Positions 36,455 to 45,302 of a DNA stretch of 64,000 bases are shown here, in pieces. This DNA comes from an uncultured virus (IMG/VR IMGVR_UViG_3300024255_000007). Lineage: Duplodnaviria; Heunggongvirae; Uroviricota; Caudoviricetes. Below the pieces are notes generated by a model. It saw only the letters and a program-made list of their open reading frames with translations. It was not told the origin of the DNA and searched no databases. Where the stretch lies: the IMG/VR virus record IMGVR_UViG_3300024255_000007; one strand, given 5' to 3'. The number at the start of each line of letters is the position of its first letter. Positions within the stretch are counted from its first letter, which is position 1. Position numbers and translations under genes: made by a program.

Positions 36455-37853
36455 ATTTTTCTTTACACTCTCTATAAAAATGTTCTAAACTTGGAAAGGT
36501 TTGTAATAAATCTGTATTACGTCTACGATCGTGTTCTTTAAAAAACAAGTAAAAGTTTATTTTTGCTTGTTCCTCTTCAAATGTATTTAACGATGCACAT
36601 GCCCAATCGTATAGTCTTCTGACTTTGTCTACTTCAAAGTCCTTAAATCCTTTGTATCTATTTTGTGTAGTCTCTGGATTACTTTCCATAAACTGTATAC
36701 TATCTAATAACGGCTCTAACATATCACTAGTTGCTAGTTGCATACTTTGCCATTTAGGATCGTGCAACATAGGAGTATCAAACCATATTAACTGTCTGTC
36801 TGTATTAAACTCTTTGCGCAACTCTAAAATATTATGTATATATTCTTTATAGCCCGGTAAACTTAATAAATTTGCTGTAATTATAAATGTTAAACTATGT
36901 CCGGTACCTTCTGCAAGATACTGCCGAATATTTTTATACATTATATCAAAATCTAAACCGTGTCGTATATACTCTGCTTGTGTCCCCCAGCTATCTAAGC
37001 TACAAAATAGCATAAAGTGATCGATAGCAGGTGATACTTCTTTTAAATCATCAATAAACTTTTGCCATTGTCCCTTAGGAGGACAGCAATTGCTTGTAAT
37101 ACTTAATTGTAAATCTGATTTAGGATTTTGTTTTACATAATCAAACACTTTAAAAGTGTTTTTATCCATCAAAGGCTCGCCGCCTGTCATACGAAATGTT
37201 TTTAATGTAGGATATACTTCTGGAAAATACTCCCAAAAGGCTTGTATATACGGACTATCAGGGGCATTGTTAATACGCATTCCTTCTACCCACAACGGGT
37301 CATTATGATTACCGTGTGCTAATTTGTATGCCCCATGTTTTTTGACTTCTTTGTGCCACTCTGTGCTTAGGTGCGGACTACAATAACTGCATTTAAGATT
37401 GCATGCTTGGTTAAAATTTACTTCTAAATATCTAGGTTTAGGATTTTCTTCAATTTGTGCTGCTTGGATAAGCTCAGGCTCGTATACATCTTTACTACGA
37501 TATGCTCTATCACTTATACTGCCTTGGTCTTCTAATGCCCAGCAAAACTCGCACTCTTTAGGACGTTCTCCTTTAAGCATTTTAGCACGTTGTTCTTTTT
37601 TATATTGTGTATTATGCAATGCATCAGGCGATACAGCAAGTTCTTCAAGGGGAATATGATGACTAGGTGGGTGATAACAACTATGTGTTCTACCAGTTGG
37701 TAAATGTAAACTCACACTATACCATTTAGCCAAACAGAAGCTAGGACTAACTTGATTTAATCCTTCTAAAAGATCTTTACTACTTTCAAAGTATACGCTT
37801 TGATATTTGCCTTTAAGTAGTTTAACTTCATCACCTTTTTGATCTTTGCTCAT
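36441..37853 (-). CDS. Radical SAM protein with N-terminal Cys/His twitch-like domain (paralog of 35102)
   Basis: FCLAKW...HSCYHP..ECEFCW; CNLKCSYC; MTGGEP. Confidence 0.92.
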   Translation of the reverse strand: MSKDQKGDEVKLLKGKYQSVYFESSKDLLEGLNQVSPSFCLAKWYSVSLHLPTGRTHSCYHPPSHHIPLEELAVSPDALHNTQYKKEQRAKMLKGERPKECEFCWALEDQGSISDRAYRSKDVYEPELIQAAQIEENPKPRYLEVNFNQACNLKCSYCSPHLSTEWHKEVKKHGAYKLAHGNHNDPLWVEGMRINNAPDSPYIQAFWEYFPEVYPTLKTFRMTGGEPLMDKNTFKVFDYVKQNPKSDLQLSITSNCCPPKGQWQKFIDDLKEVSPAIDHFMLFCSLDSWGTQAEYIRHGLDFDIMYKNIRQYLAEGTGHSLTFIITANLLSLPGYKEYIHNILELRKEFNTDRQLIWFDTPMLHDPKWQSMQLATSDMLEPLLDSIQFMESNPETTQNRYKGFKDFEVDKVRRLYDWACASLNTFEEEQAKINFYLFFKEHDRRRNTDLLQTFPSLEHFYRECKEKYEQR

Positions 37854-38776
37854 TCTGGGTCAATTATATACTGTTGTTGTGAACTTCGGCTTGGATTTTG
37901 ATACACTGTTTTAAAGAACTTACTTTGTTGTGCATTAAGACATTCTTCAGCAATAGGAATTTCAAGTTCGTTAATAAGTTTAATACCATATTCTTCAATG
38001 GAGTCTTCTAGTCCGTCCATTGATACTTTAGGTTCAATTTCTTTCCACATGCGATTAAGATATTCAAAATCTCTTACATTTACAAAATCCCAATCAGTAC
38101 ACATTGTTTTGTACAGGCCTTCACGGGCGCCATAGATTGCCCATTTACCGTTGTCAACATCTGCACCAACCATAAGCCATATCCACAGTCGATGTAAGTT
38201 TTTCCAATGCCCTCGTAAAAAATCATCTTTAGTAGGTTTTATACCTTGGTCAAGTGCCATTTTAACACCCTCTCTAAATCCAGCTCGCCATGCTTGATGT
38301 GGTGTTGCGTTATTATACACATCACTATACCAACTATTTTGCTGTATGTATTCTAGATCCCAACAAAAGTCTACCTGTGCTTGCAAATTATTTGGATCAG
38401 CATTTTCATGTGTTTTCATATTCAACACATAATTCTTTGGCCAGCACTTTAACCCACCGTTGCCGTACATTAACCCATTAATAATATTTTTGCCACACCA
38501 ACTTATTACACTATTTTCTAAATTAGGATGCTTAGAGAGATCTAGCACTTGTGTAAAAAACTTAGGATGTACAATATTGTCACCATCAACTGTAATAAAT
38601 CTATCTGTCTCTGATAATTTTGCACATGCTTTGTGTGCAGCGTCACTTCCTTCTACACCGTGTACACGTTTTGCCCATGGCACTTTAGTTAATAAATCTG
38701 CATAGTTTTTATCAGCATTTGGTTCATCGTACGACAAATATATAATGTCATAATCTAAAATTTTAATTTGGCTCAT
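37850..38776 (-). CDS. Glycosyltransferase-like (GT-A) protein
   Basis: YDIIYLSYDEPNA, RVHGVEG..AAH, ITVDGDN (DxD), YGNGGLK, RAGFREG. Confidence 0.72.
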   Translation of the reverse strand: MSQIKILDYDIIYLSYDEPNADKNYADLLTKVPWAKRVHGVEGSDAAHKACAKLSETDRFITVDGDNIVHPKFFTQVLDLSKHPNLENSVISWCGKNIINGLMYGNGGLKCWPKNYVLNMKTHENADPNNLQAQVDFCWDLEYIQQNSWYSDVYNNATPHQAWRAGFREGVKMALDQGIKPTKDDFLRGHWKNLHRLWIWLMVGADVDNGKWAIYGAREGLYKTMCTDWDFVNVRDFEYLNRMWKEIEPKVSMDGLEDSIEEYGIKLINELEIPIAEECLNAQQSKFFKTVYQNPSRSSQQQYIIDPE

Positions 38777-39368
38777 GTATTTCTCTTTTAGAATAGGATA
38801 CTAGTCTCTTATTAGTATATATACTATATTTGGTTACATCTGTTTCCTTGTGATTTAAAAATTTAAAAGACACAGTTTGCTCATTTATAAGTTCGTGCAT
38901 ACTAGCTGAGAAATGTCTGTATAGTATATTTGGATTATTTTCTTGTGTTATACTAAACCATAATATTTCGTCTAAAACTCCAGCATTATTAATATTATTT
39001 TTTGCTGTTAAGTTAAGATCAAGGTGTAGTTGCCATTCGTTTAATATATTATCCTTTATAATACATAGTTGTGCTGGACCAGACTGGGTAATTTTATGTA
39101 TTAGATTATCTACATCTAATACAATCTTATCATCTTTATGTACAATATGGAATTTTGTTTTTTGTAAATCGTATGTAACTTTATAATTAATTAAACTTTT
39201 AGTTCCGTCTATAAATTCGCATACTTCGTTAAACGTAGTTGTAAAATGAGTATCTAAAGACGGCTTGTCTTTAATTGAAATAGAAATAATTTGACCAGTG
39301 GCTTTTTCGTAATATACCTTATAATATAATGGCTCAGTTTTTTTTGTTTTAGGTATTTTAAATCGCAT
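38763..39368 (-). CDS. Hypothetical protein (201 aa)
   Basis: Coupled ORF in the glycosyltransferase operon; no firm motif. Confidence 0.75.
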   Translation of the reverse strand: MRFKIPKTKKTEPLYYKVYYEKATGQIISISIKDKPSLDTHFTTTFNEVCEFIDGTKSLINYKVTYDLQKTKFHIVHKDDKIVLDVDNLIHKITQSGPAQLCIIKDNILNEWQLHLDLNLTAKNNINNAGVLDEILWFSITQENNPNILYRHFSASMHELINEQTVSFKFLNHKETDVTKYSIYTNKRLVSYSKREIHEPN

Positions 39369-40199
39369 CTAAATTCCAATTATTTTTTCATATGTGTTAA
39401 TTACATCACTTGTAATAAAATCATCTTCTGTATAATGAAATATATTACTTTGTTTGTAATTGCCAACATATAGTTGTGCATCATCTGTTAGATAAGTGCC
39501 AACTTCTTTTTGCCAACTATCTTTTAGTCCTTGCCAATTTTGTATGTTTGCCTTCATATGAGTAAACATAGGTGCATAGTGACTATTATTAGTAATAACA
39601 GATTCACAATCTAATATTGCTGTAGCAAGACTACTACTAATATCCATACTTGCAAAATTTTGTAAATTCATATTATGCAGATTAAAAAAGTCGCTATAAT
39701 TATTAACAATAATATCTAGCAATCCATAAAATTCGTATGCAAATTTAGACTTTTTAAAATAATGCAGTCCGTAATACACATTAGGAAGTTTAAATTTATT
39801 TAATTTTTTTCTATAAAACTGATTATTAACTATCTCGTTGCGATATGTTTTTACGTTATTACATATCCAAAAGTCATACTTTTCAAAATGTGTTTGCCAG
39901 TTAGAAAGATCATTTAGTATTAGCATGTCAGTATCAATAACAACAGTGTCGCTAAAAGGACATGCATGAATAATCTTAAATCTGTTATGTATTTTCCATT
40001 CATATTTGTGAGCAGAGTCTCCCCATGGAATTTCTACTACTGCATCAAATAGTTCTTTGTACTTACTTGGAACTGCGTCATTAGTAATTAAACAGATCTT
40101 ACTTGTAGGGTTTGTATGTCTTATGCTCATTGCAGAAACACATGCTTGTTGTACGTAATCTACGTCCGTACTATTCTGAGCTAACATTGTAAAATTCAT
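39369..40199 (-). CDS. GT-A glycosyltransferase-like protein (GT8-like)
   Basis: YVQQA...AMSI, LITND, PF..TVVIDTDML (DxD), YFKKS, FTHMK, FHY. Confidence 0.75.
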   Translation of the reverse strand: MNFTMLAQNSTDVDYVQQACVSAMSIRHTNPTSKICLITNDAVPSKYKELFDAVVEIPWGDSAHKYEWKIHNRFKIIHACPFSDTVVIDTDMLILNDLSNWQTHFEKYDFWICNNVKTYRNEIVNNQFYRKKLNKFKLPNVYYGLHYFKKSKFAYEFYGLLDIIVNNYSDFFNLHNMNLQNFASMDISSSLATAILDCESVITNNSHYAPMFTHMKANIQNWQGLKDSWQKEVGTYLTDDAQLYVGNYKQSNIFHYTEDDFITSDVINTYEKIIGI

Positions 40200-41019
40200 T
40201 TAACAATTCTCCCAAACTAAACTTATTCATTACATGCACATTTATATTTTTTGTTTTAGATAGGAAATATTCTCCAGGATGTGTTTTCTTTTCAAGCAAG
40301 AAAGTAAGATTATTATCATCAATTTTATGGCAGTGATCTCTGTCGGTAATATAATATTTTTTACCCGGCATTTGTTTTGCAAATGACCCTTGTTGAAATC
40401 CGTTCATTATATGTATAGCAATACTAAAAGCAAAATCGTTTCTATATGTAATATAACTTAATCTATAAACAGATTTATAATGATGCCAATTTTCTTGTAT
40501 ATGTTGGAGAAGATCAAAAAAGATTTTGTTACGTTCTGTTTTTGTAAAATATACACACGTAGCCCAATAAAAATCTATACTTGTATCACTAATTTTACTA
40601 AACTCAGTTGTTTTAGAAAACTGTGTATTAATATTAGTAGCGTCTTTATAAATTAGAAAATCATCGTTTACTTGAAAACAATTTTTAAAACTATCATTAG
40701 ATATAATATAATCTGTATCTAGTAATAATGTTTTATCATAAGGCGAAAGTTCGTACGCATAAACTCTTGTATCATTTTTAAACGCTGCGGATTTATTATA
40801 AAACGCTCCGCAGTGAAACTTTCTTTTGTTAGAACTTGAATTAGGTTTATATATTACCTTATCAAAATTTGTAAAAGTATTAGCGTATTCAACATCACTT
40901 GTAACAATTGATGTAGGTATATCTAAATGTTTTTTTATTCTAGCGGCTAGAAAATCTGCCTGCATAATATAATCAAATAATCCATTATTGTATGCAAATA
41001 ATAAACATCCATTAGTCAT
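40171..41019 (-). CDS. GT-A glycosyltransferase-like protein (paralog of 39369)
   Basis: G.LLFA.NN..DY, SPYDKTLLLDTDY (DxD), WAT..YF.K, RNDFAFSIA, HVMNK. Confidence 0.75.
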   Translation of the reverse strand: MTNGCLLFAYNNGLFDYIMQADFLAARIKKHLDIPTSIVTSDVEYANTFTNFDKVIYKPNSSSNKRKFHCGAFYNKSAAFKNDTRVYAYELSPYDKTLLLDTDYIISNDSFKNCFQVNDDFLIYKDATNINTQFSKTTEFSKISDTSIDFYWATCVYFTKTERNKIFFDLLQHIQENWHHYKSVYRLSYITYRNDFAFSIAIHIMNGFQQGSFAKQMPGKKYYITDRDHCHKIDDNNLTFLLEKKTHPGEYFLSKTKNINVHVMNKFSLGELLNEFYNVSSE

Positions 41020-41359
41020 TAATAATATCCGTTATAGACCGTTTTACTTTTATATTATTATATTCATTTAGGTATACGTTTGTAGCTGTTGCATAACAAT
41101 CAACTAACTCATCTGTAAACTGTTTAAGATTTTCAATATTACACGGCAAATCGTTACAATCTATTAGTATTGCAGTTTCTTGTTTAAGTTGTAGTAACGA
41201 TGTACAAAAAGAAATTAATGCAGGAGTTGCTAGAAATTTTGATCCATTATGATACGTGTCAATACTAGCATAGTATTGCTCTTTTAGATTGTTTTTTTGT
41301 GCTTGATGCGTTAGCATTACATTACTAAAATCTAATGCTTTTGATAGTTTTTCGTCCAC
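41012..41359 (-). CDS. Hypothetical protein (115 aa, GTG start) heading the GT/rSAM operon
   Basis: AGGAG RBS; consensus promoter immediately upstream. Confidence 0.8.
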   Translation of the reverse strand: MDEKLSKALDFSNVMLTHQAQKNNLKEQYYASIDTYHNGSKFLATPALISFCTSLLQLKQETAILIDCNDLPCNIENLKQFTDELVDCYATATNVYLNEYNNIKVKRSITDIIND

Positions 41360-41381
41360 GAAACTCTCCTAATAATTACAT

Positions 41382-41410
41382 ATTATACAGTATAATTAAG
41401 AAGTTGTCAA
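41382..41410 (-). promoter_or_regulatory. Consensus sigma70 promoter
   Basis: On minus: TTGACA (41410-41405), 17 nt, TATAAT (41387-41382); the -10 lies in the inverted repeat ATTATAC-A-GTATAAT. Confidence 0.85.
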
Positions 41411-41413
41411 GTC

Positions 41414-42457
41414 CTAAAATTCATCGTTTATAGTTAATGCAGGATACTCTTTGCCTAATCCGGTTGCTGTTCTTGCTGTTACTACTGCGGTTATTGTGCC
41501 TGTAACATTTTCATCTGCAGGATTTGAATATTCATCTCCATCTACATCGTCTCCGATATCGTTATCACTATATGTTAATAAAAATCTTATTGAATTAGTA
41601 TTAGTTTGCCATGCTTCTATTTTAAATTCATTTTCGCTATATATTCCAGTTCCGGATTTAGACATAACAGTAAGCCTATTAGAATTATTATATGCTGACC
41701 AATCAGTGGCATTAGAAGTATCAGAGTAAATTCCGCTGACTCCTGAATTTATTGTTGCAGTGCCTGCTACAACTTCACTTCCAGATACACTAATTTTGTA
41801 TGTTCCCATATTATTAAGCATTGTTTGCCATATTTCGTCTTTGGTAGCCGGAGGAGTATTTACTTCATTTCCTGGAATCGAGGTGCCGCCTGCTAAATTA
41901 CTAGCAATTGTAATATACCCTCCAGAATTAAACCAAAATCGTCTTTCTTCAAAATTTTCCCAAGTAAGCGTAAATCCAAATGTAAGCGAACCGTTCCAGT
42001 TAGTAACTCTAGCATTTGTAGCAAGTGTAGATATTTCAGACTGTCCTGCTCCGACTAAGAATTTACCACTTTCAATATCATTAGCTGCATTTTCAAAATC
42101 TAAAAATCCTTCATCTAAATCAGATGTTGCAGTAGCACTAGTGCTGTTCCCACCTGGACCTACGTCAGCTGCAAAAACACCCACAAGTTCACCAGTAGAC
42201 GGTGAACTTAATCCGTCTGTGGCGGTTGACCAAGTTACTGGGATACCAACTTGATGTTGTCTAGCTTTAACAAGGTCGTTATATAAAGCCTGCATATCAC
42301 TTGCTTGTATAATGTCGTTGTCAACTTTAGTTGAGCTTTCTAGTGGAATTCCGTAGCCTCTAGTTCCGCTGTCGCCGGATCCGAGAATACGATTTGCTTT
42401 ACTTCGAATAGCATTAAACGAACTTGCTGTAATTATTTGATCTACTTGTGCTGCCAT
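41414..42457 (-). CDS. Virion structural protein (347 aa), paralog of the N-terminal part of 42474
   Basis: Ser/Thr/Gly-rich; shares EGFLDF, R..FN.GG.I, KDEIWQTMLN, YSEN and DENVTGT with its neighbour; lies in the structural block. Confidence 0.7.
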   Translation of the reverse strand: MAAQVDQIITASSFNAIRSKANRILGSGDSGTRGYGIPLESSTKVDNDIIQASDMQALYNDLVKARQHQVGIPVTWSTATDGLSSPSTGELVGVFAADVGPGGNSTSATATSDLDEGFLDFENAANDIESGKFLVGAGQSEISTLATNARVTNWNGSLTFGFTLTWENFEERRFWFNSGGYITIASNLAGGTSIPGNEVNTPPATKDEIWQTMLNNMGTYKISVSGSEVVAGTATINSGVSGIYSDTSNATDWSAYNNSNRLTVMSKSGTGIYSENEFKIEAWQTNTNSIRFLLTYSDNDIGDDVDGDEYSNPADENVTGTITAVVTARTATGLGKEYPALTINDEF

Positions 42458-42473
42458 TTATTTTCTCTCTAAT

Positions 42474-45236
42474 TTACGGATCATTGTTTGCGCTAATTCC
42501 GAAACCTTTTGTAGCTAAAATTGTTCCGGTGCTTTGTTGACGAATATCAACAGTGCCAGCAATACTTGACGAATTTGGATTTGTGCCTGAATCTCTAATT
42601 CTAAGTTTATGTTGATTTTCTGCAGGATACCAAGTTCCAGATACAGGTATTGTACCACCAGATGAAACAATAGTATTAGTATAAGATCCAGATGTGGATC
42701 CTCCACCAGTTAATGTAGTAGTATAAGTAAATCTTACTTCATAATCAGAAGCATTGCCTGAGTTTAACCAAGTTACTGATGGAGTAGAGGACCCAGGATT
42801 ACCAAACGCACCGGTGGCAACTGTTCCAGCAGAGCCATCCCAAGTTAAGTTAGCACTACAACTTCCACTTAATCCATTACTATCTGCATAAGCAGTTAAA
42901 TTACCATCAATCGAAACTGGGTCAGCAGCAGTTGTTAAATCTTGTTTTAAAATAATTGCTTCATTAACATCATTAGTTGCAGCTCCCGATCTACGAATTT
43001 TTAAATTAAGTTCTGAATTCCCAAGTTCACCTGTTGCTGTGTCAGCGGCATAAACTGTAATAGGATCAGTCATTGTAATCCACGTTCCAAAAGGATCTGA
43101 TGTAGATGTATAAAGATTACTATTTGAATTTGATACTGATGTAATCATAACTTGCCAGTTATCTCCAGCATCTGCGCTTTGAATTGGTGTTGGTAACCAC
43201 GGAGTGCCTGCGGTAGTACTCGGTGTAATTGAATAATTGCTATTATTATATATTAATAGATATCGATCAGTAGTTCCGTCTGTATTCAATGTAAATCCAA
43301 TACGCTCGGTTCCGTCGATAGTATTTTCATTACTGTCGTCATCAGCAACCCATAATGAATTAATTTCTTGTGCTGTTTCCACATACTGGGCTTCTAGAGT
43401 TACAGTATTACCACTAGAAGATCGTATAAATGTACCGTTATCATCTGTTATTTTAACTTCAAACACTACATCAGACCCACTAGTTAATCCCCTAGTACTA
43501 GAAGCAGCACTAGTATCTTCGGCAATCCAATCAAATGTTCTTGATGCACCGTCTGCTAATGTATACCAATTTGAAGGTGTTGAAAGGTTAGCAGGTGTTC
43601 TACTACCATCTTGCTGGTTAGATGTCATAACTGTTACTGTATATCTAGCTTCGATAGTAACTGTTCCAACTCCTACATAGTTAATATACCCTGTAAAATC
43701 TGTAGGTGGAGTTGCAATATTAGTAAATGTTCTTGAAGTTATAGCAATTCTACTATTTGCATTATCATTTGTTATAGTAACATCAGCAGTTGCTCGTGCT
43801 GTTGTATTAGTGCTATCAACAAAATGCGTTATTACTCCCCATCCAGTGTGTGGAATTGTTGAAGGGAAGTTTTCAGAACTAGATAAAACTGTTGTATCAG
43901 TAATTGTAACCTCTGCTGTGCCTCCAAATCCGTTGTCTAATGTTAAACTAAAAATTTCGTCGCCTTCATTACCGGCAGCATCTGCTGTGGCTGTGAAAGT
44001 TAATGCCCGTGTGTTACCTTGTATATTAAATGAGCCAGTTAGGCTGGCAGCGTTTATATCAGCTGTTGTAACTCCTGTAATTGTGTAAGGTACTAATGTT
44101 CCGTTTGGAACATTAGTTGTATCAAGAGTAATTATAAATTGTTGGCCTTCGTCAACTGCTGAATTATTTGTGCTTAATGTATAACTTGTAGGCGTTGAAC
44201 CGTCAAGTGTTAAATCTTCTGTAGCACTAGGTTCAGGTATTCCTAAAAATGCACTAGGTGTTACACTTTGTACAACACTAGTAACAGTACCTGTAACATT
44301 TTCGTCAGTTCGGTAATTATATGCATCAGCATTTCTATCATCTCCGAGATCTGCATCAACAAACGAAACTGTAAATCTAATACTTTTAGTAGACACATTT
44401 CTTGCTTTAATTTGATAATAGTTTTCAGAATAAACTCCGCTACCGTTTTTTGTAAAAATAGTTTGATCTGTATTTGTTAGTTGATAATTGCCAATTGCAG
44501 TAGCCGGAGTACCCGAAGCTGAGCTTGGTTGGGTTGTTCCGTCTCTTCCAAAATCAATATTAGACATTACATTAAGCATAGTTTGCCAAATTTCATCTTT
44601 TTGGTATGCAGGACTATCTGGATAAGTTTGAGTTTGGTCACCTGCAACACTGTTACCGCCTGTTAAACTTGCAGTGAATCTAATACGTCCACCTGCATTG
44701 AAAAAATATCTACGTGCATCAGCATTGGGAAAATTTACTGTAGTTGTATGCGAGACAGTTCCGTTCCAGCCCGGTGTTCTTGTATCTGAAACTAATCCGT
44801 CAACTGTGAAGCTTCCAGCCCCCGGAAAACTTGTAGGGAAATTATTTGCAAAAGTAAGTATATCAGTAGCAACTGCCGAAAAGTCTAAAAATCCTTCGTC
44901 ATCATCAGTTGTACCGTCAGTTACATCTATCGAAGCATCTGCGCCAATAATTTCAACTGCTGATGGAGCGTTTAAACTAAGTGTAGGTGACCAACCAAAT
45001 GAAGGGTCTGATTCAGCAAAACCATTTTGATGTTCTTTAATAAGTTCTAAGTCGTTATATAATGCTGTCATATCAGCCGAAGAGATAATATCTCCTTCGC
45101 TTCTAGCAGAACTAGATACAGCACGACCATAGCCGATCTTTTGATCAGCGCCGTCGTCGCTCAAAACTTTTATAATCTTATTTCTAATTCCGTTATAATC
45201 ATCTGCATCAATGATACTATCAGCTGCTATTGCCAT
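42474..45236 (-). CDS. Virion structural/fibre protein (920 aa) with Ig/Calx-beta-like and Ser/Thr-rich C-terminal domains
   Basis: Shared N-terminal domain; Y.LS...AVDEG..F.ITL.TTNV..GT.VPYTITG..EG.E.F.LTL..V.I.DT Calx-beta/Ig-like unit. Confidence 0.7.
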   Translation of the reverse strand: MAIAADSIIDADDYNGIRNKIIKVLSDDGADQKIGYGRAVSSSARSEGDIISSADMTALYNDLELIKEHQNGFAESDPSFGWSPTLSLNAPSAVEIIGADASIDVTDGTTDDDEGFLDFSAVATDILTFANNFPTSFPGAGSFTVDGLVSDTRTPGWNGTVSHTTTVNFPNADARRYFFNAGGRIRFTASLTGGNSVAGDQTQTYPDSPAYQKDEIWQTMLNVMSNIDFGRDGTTQPSSASGTPATAIGNYQLTNTDQTIFTKNGSGVYSENYYQIKARNVSTKSIRFTVSFVDADLGDDRNADAYNYRTDENVTGTVTSVVQSVTPSAFLGIPEPSATEDLTLDGSTPTSYTLSTNNSAVDEGQQFIITLDTTNVPNGTLVPYTITGVTTADINAASLTGSFNIQGNTRALTFTATADAAGNEGDEIFSLTLDNGFGGTAEVTITDTTVLSSSENFPSTIPHTGWGVITHFVDSTNTTARATADVTITNDNANSRIAITSRTFTNIATPPTDFTGYINYVGVGTVTIEARYTVTVMTSNQQDGSRTPANLSTPSNWYTLADGASRTFDWIAEDTSAASSTRGLTSGSDVVFEVKITDDNGTFIRSSSGNTVTLEAQYVETAQEINSLWVADDDSNENTIDGTERIGFTLNTDGTTDRYLLIYNNSNYSITPSTTAGTPWLPTPIQSADAGDNWQVMITSVSNSNSNLYTSTSDPFGTWITMTDPITVYAADTATGELGNSELNLKIRRSGAATNDVNEAIILKQDLTTAADPVSIDGNLTAYADSNGLSGSCSANLTWDGSAGTVATGAFGNPGSSTPSVTWLNSGNASDYEVRFTYTTTLTGGGSTSGSYTNTIVSSGGTIPVSGTWYPAENQHKLRIRDSGTNPNSSSIAGTVDIRQQSTGTILATKGFGISANNDP

Positions 45237-45244
45237 TGGTTGTC

Positions 45245-45282
45245 CTCATAAATTCGGTTATCACCTTACTATGAGTATTTAT
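45245..45282 (-). promoter_or_regulatory. ATAAATA motif followed by short hairpin covering the GAGG RBS
   Basis: TATTTAT 45276-45282; inverted repeat CTCATA (45245-45250) / TATGAG (45270-45275). Confidence 0.5.
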
Positions 45283-45302
45283 CAAAAATTAGTCTGTCAA
45301 AT

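Noticed and set aside
8945..41359. RiPP cluster with a small precursor peptide for the rSAM/SPASM enzymes
   Set aside because: The island has almost no intergenic space, and I found no short leader/core-like ORF, RRE/PqqD domain, peptidase or exporter. A precursor outside the window cannot be excluded.
45270..45300. Sigma70 promoter from the TTGACA at 45300-45295 (minus)
   Set aside because: No acceptable -10 at 16-18 nt spacing; the ATAAATA motif explains the site better.
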